Source: Candidatus Omnitrophota bacterium | Lineage (GTDB): Bacteria; Omnitrophota; Gorgyraeia; Gygaellales; Profunditerraquicolaceae | Length of the DNA: 34,867 nt | Assembly (NCBI GenBank): GCA_026387555.1 | Contig: JAPLLM010000003.1 | Location: 1,935 to 36,801 of the forward strand | Reading direction: 5' to 3' | Part shown: positions 28,901 through 33,000 of the stretch, one piece after another | How positions within the stretch are numbered: position 1 is the first letter of the stretch | Layout of the letters: each line of letters begins with the position of its first letter | Made by a program: the position numbers and the translations under genes | Notes under the pieces: model-generated | The model's input: only the letters and a program-made list of their open reading frames with translations | What the model was told of the DNA's origin: nothing | Database searches by the model: none

Positions 28901-30071
28901 CTTCTATTGTTCTTATTATTGGAGGTACTACTCTTCTAATAAACTCGCGGTGAATATGATGTCTACTATAAATATCTCTCCAGTTGATAGATGCAGTTTT
29001 GCTGACCCATAAATTTTCGCTTGCTTCTAATATTTGGATGTGGGAGGCGAATCTGGCTAGATTTCCTCCCGCTAACTCTGATGCCAAAGGAACACCTACC
29101 TCAATGATGTCGCAAGGGGGCATGTTATTACGCGCCAATCTTATTCCCATTTCCATGGCGAGATTAAATTCTTCGGCGCTTTGAATTCCCCTTACCATGC
29201 GAGGGATGGAGTTTAAAAGAGCGTAATAAATAGGCTTATTTTCTGATTCTAGTACTGATAATAAAACCTTAGTGCTAGCGAAATTAATATCATATCTCTG
29301 TGTACTCCTTAAGGCGATTATATGCTTTGGAATTACCGAGATTAGACAAACGACATTAGGTAACCTGTATCGTAAGAACTCTACTATTGTCTTATAAATA
29401 GGTAACCCACTGCTTTTTGCATCTATAAACTTATAAATAACATAACCAACTATCATCGCTATCGCGAGAGAAACAAACCATGTGAAAACATGAATAGATG
29501 ATACCTCGATCGGTAACAAAACTGCTAAGTTGGGAGATTTAGCCGCAGGCTGCGCTGACTCAGGCTTCTTGGGTTCTTCCAGCTTGGCCGCAACAACTTC
29601 TGCTGGCTTTACAGTTACCGGAGTTTTCAGCGCTTTGCGGCGCGAGGCTTTATATCCAAACCAACCAGCACCAGTCAAAAATAGCGCCCCTATTCCTGCT
29701 AATATCCCGTACTTTAGCTTTTTGTTAATGCTTGTCTGTCCTGCTTGCGGCTGTTGGCTTGCCTTGAGGGCCACTGTTTGGGAAGCAGAAGAAGGCGCAA
29801 CCGGTGGCCCTACGGTTGGCTTGGCCGCAGGAACCTGCGCTTGCTTTTTCTCTTTTTTCTCTACTTCTTTAGGCAACCTTACATTAGCCATTCCTGCATC
29901 GGCTTCCATAGCACCCAACTCATTGTGCATAGAAGCTAGGTCATTTACCGCATCAGCGAGTTTTCTCGTAGAAGTTTCAAACTCATAATTAAGAGTGCCT
30001 ATTTTCTGATGGGTAAATTCTTCGACTTGAACACGCGCTGCTGCACGGTCCCTACCCACATAGATAGACAA
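19401..30071 (-). CDS. Giant ORF B (3,556 aa): membrane-tethered multi-enzyme protein (HIT-type nucleotidyltransferase, methyltransferase, radical SAM, kinase, 2x GT2 and others)
   Basis: Track ORF. TTG start at 30069-30071. An in-phase TGA at 30078-30080 excludes a longer N-terminus. Stop TAG at 19401-19403 (mRNA ...GCA GGG ATT CTT CGT TAG). It overlaps the end of ORF A by 20 nt. My residue count (3,556) agrees with the track, so aa-to-nt conversions below use codon high coordinate = 30071-3(i-1). Confidence 0.9.
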   Translation of the reverse strand: MSIYVGRDRAAARVQVEEFTHQKIGTLNYEFETSTRKLADAVNDLASMHNELGAMEADAGMANVRLPKEVEKKEKKQAQVPAAKPTVGPPVAPSSASQTVALKASQQPQAGQTSINKKLKYGILAGIGALFLTGAGWFGYKASRRKALKTPVTVKPAEVVAAKLEEPKKPESAQPAAKSPNLAVLLPIEVSSIHVFTWFVSLAIAMIVGYVIYKFIDAKSSGLPIYKTIVEFLRYRLPNVVCLISVIPKHIIALRSTQRYDINFASTKVLLSVLESENKPIYYALLNSIPRMVRGIQSAEEFNLAMEMGIRLARNNMPPCDIIEVGVPLASELAGGNLARFASHIQILEASENLWVSKTASINWRDIYSRHHIHREFIRRVVPPIIRTIEDPILASIVISLSLDLAREKEDGLEKSESEICPDSYTAFEPLTTGRTINYYFHSLDLTNSILFVSSFTPENAQQKIRELASQQQSQAPPNVQSSPATKPASENKPSTDVNCNSLISFPGTAILAVVIVLATILVLKNYLKYAPEQVAWHHKISGAFDPFTAGLLLLSLRWLRVYTMTDIIKAISWQQRKVGFVDARIKGIETKKVDPFEAAYCAHRDPKHYQQGVSLSAEPKNAADMLLHPLTYTRKYGIYILPLLIKRLALDIKEIGGESGTRCNLCPQFMPLAQRGFSWRDYRILINPFTWTREHGFVLAAKRHTGEETKTVGDEEVLNVAFDFVAEAPGVSLFLNGPARSIPEHFHFQGCLNRFSIEAQPVEVKEQRGAVSIGRVPSWPVDNTLLRGKVSQEVKALTRNKVEEFIRMGFKPDMLDILLKKMPSGEFVVFIYPRVKRAPDSFYTNGWGVPEMSGYTVLIKNEEFKNITPDLIANGLREVGQPQVSAEAEITCCNLCGSGRQIELFRVGPIILAKDENIPLGKIKIPGHGYRADRKDIIVRCGNCGLVYVRNPRVIEWEPGFYQLSPEREAAAAQEIEFISRYLGDVKKVKMADVGCGFPGHHLKAAAKLGFDVEGIDTSREAVGLLTRDGLKAFHGTLHQRNFESNSLDLLGYFATLEHLLAPSAELAESRRVLKDGGLLYITRLPNLDSEVGRIQGREFSDIKIGHFYYFSPKTLRMLFEKSGFEIVHLETKFNERWVAVEHEHGLISDADFQRVIQNKKQIEAGGRGELVTVIAKKFGVAVTARATNKAKSSNATMGLVIPFISTGEPAADILLAGLGIFALGIMEEVRNSRGDRLAIIMRSGSVASFDEVGQTITISTRAFSRQGECYQQKEDSIENIIVIENGDVELTFAGKKVSLEKGRIAALYVPYTLQASSVGAVFTIFASKNRIIDKKAQTLAEKLDLLNDINVIREGGELIAAIPSNLWQNDPKYKAMKPILVPSNPLGAGLKTPQDRSGEGEYLHLEPPVNSLSWDKAGSDERPLLDMVMLLEGECEAVFADKHAKERYTVSLKAGDKAINFSAHRFRFLNTSPNRVLVIAEGPFNPTKRKFLFEGPQALSDLAGLLKNDPEKAAPILEGLITKSGNEISAPDLKNTAAVLSSLLLVPVAKSEEICRRNNLSVSELLRAYRMLRSVSGLHQMLINNSEFAGVAGEIEFQLQHCKSLEGIFDEKTVVYPLLAEFHPGTWCPYKCVYCYTNHNKDCPFRYQDSRNGRKPLTAEKARELVREFAKGGTEQIWVSGGLEPLTTDIAWHILDEANRLGLRTKLYTNGQLLAGRAREVALESGWVRFSISAIGEEMFRSVHRPIKPEFNFKRVENNIRELVTRKRETGFKVEIGLTYLVIPEPSNYRDILKAADWAYNLGVDFLAVRVDMGAIVRSFNPVEIAEILRQIVIMQENARSGKYNYNKQMKMGLDLRGMTENDLRGDEKFLTGMPRAKTCQIRMSKMVVNPFGVGFLCDYLEHPLNAWRGDFEVGDFSQASVEAVLERSKEIKHDPEICKTCGIKCLIHEQIVNTILEKLKEDRELGIALGEQPFMLKNTGAAATVVKNDGKSGNAVMGMVLGDFLMTAVMIVGIAVGAVALWIKTFVTSNSQSSEMKELLALKNKKGAKIIALMGYPASGKSTVASYLVSLNYRVIDTEHEFPKNPRYREIMRSAFKQCSEVVSGIGGKQILVMRIDRKFRRIFIPAIAKIVLEEIRGALVQGNRLIIVDCAFNHILGLSSLWDEVWYIRRNETARKETVLARFSKFGMTKQLAEKRFAKNPGFPSERKFLSMSNQVIDNNGSTEKLKLSINGVLLKFQKAVGAAVRANTENRSSNNVLSILPFVDPYFISSVLVLVAVGITCVRSSVPLTSPLVTILTIRDELLRQEKLRNIFQDAKQEDVFVLLRDILGLPLYRDKSINVILPANERLQLIATVCSAVLKRKDAATVADFLERLIKDCRMEPQMIAEAKLMVNSYLSFYRIRTPVKVATVISVYGHQLSIQKKSEFEGAEDAMRNKILQLQELFSVNPLLDWQLIYVQDGDDRKYTSSLNSFKTTDLMLGILRKEFTAELKSGRICVFEVDQSLKEQIQGCQGSGVLYGMRKAVQLGAGIVIYTNVDLDTHVGLEGNIIKPLMEGSLDLVIGSNRVKGRVLHMGRLYYWYSIVLNRFIRTVLPVGHILDTHNALKGVKPEMIDTILPVSAQGDFEKGFDYFYTSSDLWISRAKVRGYRVGEVPSCMHHSPRLSVVSPWLSLKFFIRIWRQRKLLDEWKAATRSQVLLLQIATVEICEENKVRVIAKDSFEYQERLLQQIVKTKQSDKLLDFCRAVLSTDRSNNLAVRERFILLRMALALSLKESGVAILSMLGTVFSQQPEAKLLFESYRQVSRIAVLTKISTVMVLSRPEDHARSEYLRTRLEQLEDLYGFNPNVKWELIVVHEESYRNTPAELWQDKIKQECLSYAVKGQLKFLEIPWETCNRLGGRFGPGATYGMAHAIKGGADYVIYGHIRPAIDLALEGIILRPTMESSNNVGVASKFAPGSILQRGLKRNIGSYSYNWIVRSCLPRLSALTDTQCPFKAFSRDILDKILPVTIDGIWDNAFDYWTSFDTNLLGRADVIGARLIEAPVIFKISQREGSRCGEALRMVWGLVRQRNFLWQFRQQQNLIKQGTSPLVFIRDGKNMGSYLDWRDPSRVVKIPKRHYLNTVQNKNVNTPIHTNVQIRSSLFKKVIESLVRKVISINMIFRILKMIQQRKTLRTAFENIVTRILSRPALSMQEVVTMAQKLKGLIGDVHFYPGFRGVRGAKLYCGPAFSQQYGVISLEGALRLAVAHGNTALGRILIDEAFGVQEQIWQHGYFNWDTDNILIDTMMTSAGCWILVDFSDMTEDINLASQRLLNAHNSPFYLFTLLTIEEFSLELAQYYRTKFEKTFTTENLQKHWKYAMISPGPGDKAVNSVMAAVEDRKESIVTLREVKDHFAQANIVSQDHHILLCSSTGGRALRQGLLGLASETKGDIVVLGKRLTEITTRQAEIFSRVLPSGHWFVWLPADAACWLTPDDIPLLQQQIEGNNKLVVLGMEQQERQRDPPLSGFYAAKTETLNVIGTRLGQILSETGNVHNWNVGRQGGVSVSAGILR
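19430..19438 (-). promoter_or_regulatory. Strong internal Shine-Dalgarno-like AAGGAGGAG just upstream of the B stop / C frame opening
   Basis: The + strand ctcctcctt at 19430-19438 gives mRNA CAAGGAGGAGTTTCAGTTAGTGCAGGGATTCTTCGTTAGAAAAGTGG. No ATG/GTG/TTG in the ORF C phase follows within 150 nt, so its role (start site, frameshift stimulator, or chance Gly-Gly codons) is unresolved. Confidence 0.3.
20037..20804 (-). other. Protein-kinase-like / small-molecule kinase-like fold (tentative)
   Basis: aa ~3090-3345: SPLVFIRDGKNMGSYLDWRDPSRVVKIPKR near the start. WQHGYFNWDTDNILID...GCWILVDFSDM resembles the H.D....NIL ... iDF catalytic/activation segments of APH/choline/Kdo kinases, but the spacing is not canonical. 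Confidence 0.25.
20832..21638 (-). other. GT2 glycosyltransferase module 2 (dolichyl/polyprenyl-phosphate hexose synthase-like)
   Basis: aa ~2812-3080: ISTVMVLSR..., LIVVHEESYRNTP, GPGATYGMAHAIKGGADYVIYGHIRPAIDL (DxD position degenerate), LTDTQCPFKAFSRDIL (DTQCPFKAF = 21069-21095, canonical), FDYWTSFDTNLLGRADVIGARLIEAPV. Confidence 0.65.
22017..22850 (-). other. GT2 glycosyltransferase module 1 (dolichyl/polyprenyl-phosphate hexose synthase-like)
   Basis: aa ~2408-2685: VATVISVYG..., LIYVQDGDDRKYT, GSGVLYGMRKAVQLGAGIVIYTNVDLDT (DxD present), ILDTHNALKGV (22239-22262, degenerate form of DTQCGFK), FDYFYTSSDLWISRAKVRGYRVGEVP. Confidence 0.6.
23211..23342 (-). repeat. Junction element copy 5 (ORF B aa 2244-2287), full form
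   Basis: AVGAAVRANTENRSSNNVLSILPFVDPYFISSVLVLVAVGITCV. Confidence 0.7.
23352..23939 (-). other. P-loop NTPase kinase module (dephospho-CoA kinase / nucleoside-kinase-like)
   Basis: Walker A IIALMGYPASGKSTVASYL (GYPASGKST verified at 23874-23900). Walker-B-like LIIVDCAF. Lid-like RRNETARKETVLAR. Confidence 0.6.
23982..24131 (-). repeat. Junction element copy 4 (ORF B aa 1981-2030), full form
   Basis: NTGAAATVVKNDGKSGNAVMGMVLGDFLMTAVMIVGIAVGAVALWIKTFV. The 15-nt string cccatcaccgcattg (24070-24084) is identical to 16031-16045. Confidence 0.7.
24177..25238 (-). other. Radical SAM module (CX3CX2C) with C-terminal Cys-rich tail
   Basis: HPGTWCPYKCVYCYTNH. The three Cys codons were verified on the DNA at 25182-25184, 25170-25172 and 25161-25163. 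GGE-type SAM motif IWVSGGLEPL. Distal cysteines: C1882, C1900 and CKTCGIKC (aa 1941-1948). Confidence 0.75.
25572..26366 (-). other. Two cupin-like beta-barrel segments (tentative bicupin; sugar isomerase/epimerase-like?)
   Basis: aa ~1236-1500: IVIENGDVELTFAGKKVSLEKGRIAALYVPYTLQASSVGAVFTIF and MVMLLEGECEAVFADKHAKERYTVSLKAGDKAINFSAHRFRFLNTSPNRVLVI. Both follow the cupin G-x-hydrophobic...l.aGD...ip pattern. No metal-ligand motif recognised. Confidence 0.3.
26382..26531 (-). repeat. Junction element copy 3 (ORF B aa 1181-1230), full form
   Basis: GVAVTARATNKAKSSNATMGLVIPFISTGEPAADILLAGLGIFALGIMEE. Confidence 0.7.
26667..27149 (-). other. Class I SAM-dependent methyltransferase module
   Basis: Motif I KMADVGCGFPGHH (VGCGFPG = 27069-27089). 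An acidic residue ends beta-2 (FDVEGIDTS). Motif III-like region RVLKDGGLLYI. Confidence 0.65.
27234..27401 (-). other. Four-Cys zinc-ribbon-like segment preceding the methyltransferase
   Basis: aa 891-946: ITCCNLCGSG ...(about 40 aa)... RCGNCGLVY. Two CxxC pairs. Confidence 0.4.
27492..28106 (-). other. HIT-superfamily nucleotidyltransferase/phosphorylase module, GalT / GDP-hexose-phosphorylase branch (HxHxQ)
   Basis: aa ~656-860: TRCNLCPQF (CxxC), then FSWRDYRILINPFTWTREHGFVLAAKRH...GVSLFLNGPARSIPEHFHFQG. HFHFQ verified on the DNA at 27822-27836. This pattern (N.P...H..l, then N..gA..S..H.H.Q) is the GalT/Apa2/GDP-L-galactose-phosphorylase signature as I recall it. Confidence 0.5.
28491..28589 (-). 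repeat. Junction element copy 2 (ORF B aa 495-527)
   Basis: STDVNCNSLISFPGTAILAVVIVLATILVLKNY. Confidence 0.45.
29430..29540 (-). repeat. Junction element copy 1 (ORF B aa 178-214)
   Basis: KSPNLAVLLPIEVSSIHVFTWFVSLAIAMIVGYVIY. Fits N-x-x-[VM]-L-[LI]-P-x-[DE] plus hydrophobic helix. Confidence 0.45.
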
Positions 30072-33000
30072 ACGGCCTCATCGCAGACTCAAGAAATCTT
30101 TGCACTTTTGTATGCAGTGAGCTAAATAAGATACAGTACCCAGCTAAGATGACAGCAGAAAGAAATATAATACTAACGGCAAAAGACAAGGTAACCACAG
30201 AAGTTGTGGTGCCGGATATAAGCATAGCTACGGAAAGCGGCAAGAATAATCCCAGCCCTCCGCCGATGATAAATGTTACTACCTTAATTAAGAAGCGTGA
30301 ATCCGAGTGTCCGTGAAGGGCATTATATAACCAAGGGGCAAGAATCATAGAAAGTGCCATAGAACAAGCAAAAATATAGCTTGAGAATGAGATAATATCT
30401 AAACCACAGAATATCGCAGAGAGGTTGATGACTACGAGATAGATAGCACCGGATATTATTGTCGGCCTGAAAATCGGACCCAGCTCAGGGCTTTTCAAGA
30501 AATCGCGGAAAGGAACAGGATTCAATCCCATGCCTTTTAAACTGGTCACCCAAATCGCTGCGCCCTCAATACCTTTCTTGTTACCGTGGAAAAGAATCGG
30601 TATCTGAATACCGGCGAAGAAAGGTATAGCCATAGGCAGCCAACGGAAGATAAACCAAAGTATTCCCAAGAAGAATCCGTGCTGTTTAATCTTATTAGCA
30701 ACCAGATAACTGGATATTGATTGGCTAAGCACCCAATACATCACCAACATAAGGGGCATAAAAGGCATACTACCAAAAGGATTGCAATTAAACATCTGGA
30801 TAAAGGGTAGAAGAAGAGTACAAACAATCGCCAAGAAGCCGTTGGAAAGATAAAACATCAGCTGGTTATTCCTGCGTACCTTCTTATACCACGGGATATC
30901 AAAATTATTAACAAGGCCGGGAACTTTTATCTTTTGTCCGTAATTAATATTCGCTCCGCGTATGGAATCAGGAAGGACAAAGTCGCTTCCTGAGAAACCG
31001 CGGCTACCGGCAAGTTTAGCTGCGCCTGCTGTCCATTTGTCTAATGGCGTGGGGAATTGACCGACACTATTCTCAAATCCTTCCGTGGTTTCCGCGTAAA
31101 AGGCCACCCTGCCCAACATTTCGGGGAAGGCATCATTCATATCATTACTCATCGCGGTGTCTTCTGAAGGCTGGTCAGTCTCAAATGCCCCAGAAGCGTA
31201 ACATTTATCCAGACGGAAATATTTGTTATGGCCATAGAAACCCGACTGCTGCACTACTTCATCTTCCATAGGCACAACATCATTCCACCAGACATCCTGC
31301 GCCGTTCCGCCTAAGAAGGTAAACGGAGAATAACTTAAGGTGGTGATACGGTTACGCGTATTCAGGAACAATAATTTATCGTTCTTATTAAATTCGTCAA
31401 GGCAGGCGGGAACGCTCTCTATATCCTCCACTACCGTATCGGCATCGAGGAAGAAGGAGATTACGGGATGCTCTGGGTCATCCGGTATAAATTGCCTGCC
31501 GCCTCTAGTAACTGCTCCTATCTTACCTTTGTTGCAGTTCGGGCCACCGGGAGTAGTAACCCCGGCACGGCAGATTACCAATGGATTAGCTCTTACTGTA
31601 GTTATTCTGTATCCTGCCTTACGCGCTGCTTGTACTGAATCCACATATCCGCCCCATTCGCTGTAATAGTGGAGGCGCTCTGCGATATAGTTAAGGTCTG
31701 CCTGAGTGATCCCCGGGATAGCTTGAGCTCTTGCCTGAATACCTTGCAGATTTATCACCATTAATTCACCTAAGGAAACCGTACCCGGCCTGTTTGGTAT
31801 TTGTCTATTAGAGTTGTCTATATGCAAAGTATAAATTTCATCTGCTCTACCGAGCCGCTCAAACTCCCGATGCACTTCGACCATAGTACGGCAAGCGCCC
31901 CAGACGGTCTGGATATGTTGATTTGCCCATTCGCAGATTCTATAGCCAGCAACAGGGTTAGGTTGAACTCCTTGCCTCGTAATAGGCGAATTCTTCCTGA
32001 AGCCCAATGCCTGTTGAATAACCGGATAATCTTCAAGATGAAGATGGCCTTTTGAACCGCCGTAAAGACCACCCATTTCTGTCTCAAAGCTATTTCTGGA
32101 AATAGATTTGGTAAACAAATGGTTCAAAATACTCTGCTGGGATAATAACCAATGAATGGGGAATGTATTATTCAATATATTTAATAAAACTGCGTCTGTC
32201 CTGACCACTGCCACTCTAATTGCCTCTAAGAGTTCCGCAGGTAACCTATCTACGTGCTTAATTATGCTTTTGCTTTTTGAATCTATCGAATGGTTTAAAT
32301 TAAGCGCGGTCCGTATTGGTTGAGGGACATTGTTGTAATTGGTATTGTTCGTGTTCGTATAAACATTATGCCTAGTAATAATATCAATGAAGTGCCTAGC
32401 ACCTTCTTCTCTCTGTTGTGCGTCTTGGATATTCATTAATCCTTGTAGTATGCTACTTGGCAATACGGGACAAATCAACTCTTCAAAAGTATAGAAATCC
32501 GGCTCTACCACAGAACAGAGGAAATAAAGCAACCTGCACCTTCGTTCTCCTTCAACTGCCTGCGGCCGGATTAAGAGGGCATTATTTAGTAGGATCTGGC
32601 TGATAAATAAGGCAAGACTGCCGATTTCGGCAACGGTATAATACGACATTGCGGCTAAAGCAACTTGCGGGGCAACGGAATAAAGATACGCGGCAAGCAC
32701 GCCAAAGATGACTGCATTAACCAAATGTTTCCAGAGTGGCTTGGCGTACCTGGCTTTTATTTCCGGTGCGATAAATGAGTATCCGATTAATTCGGCGAGA
32801 GCAGAAACCAACCCGGCAACGATACCGAATGCCAATCCGAATATCAGCGCATGCGTGGTTATTGCCGAAACCCAACCACCCAATATCTTCCCTACATACA
32901 ATAAGACATGTTGGTCAACTAAACCAAAATAAGTTACTAAGCCGAAGAGAATAAAGTGCGCGGCTTTCTGGAACCAGTCAGACCTTTTCTCTATCGCCCC

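Noticed and set aside
29800-29880. Lys/Glu/Pro/Ala-rich low-complexity stretch near the ORF B N-terminus (EKKEKKQAQVPAAKPTVGPPVAPSSASQ) as a possible repeat element
   Set aside because: It is a single occurrence with no nucleotide periodicity, so it reads as an ordinary disordered linker preceding the first membrane helix.
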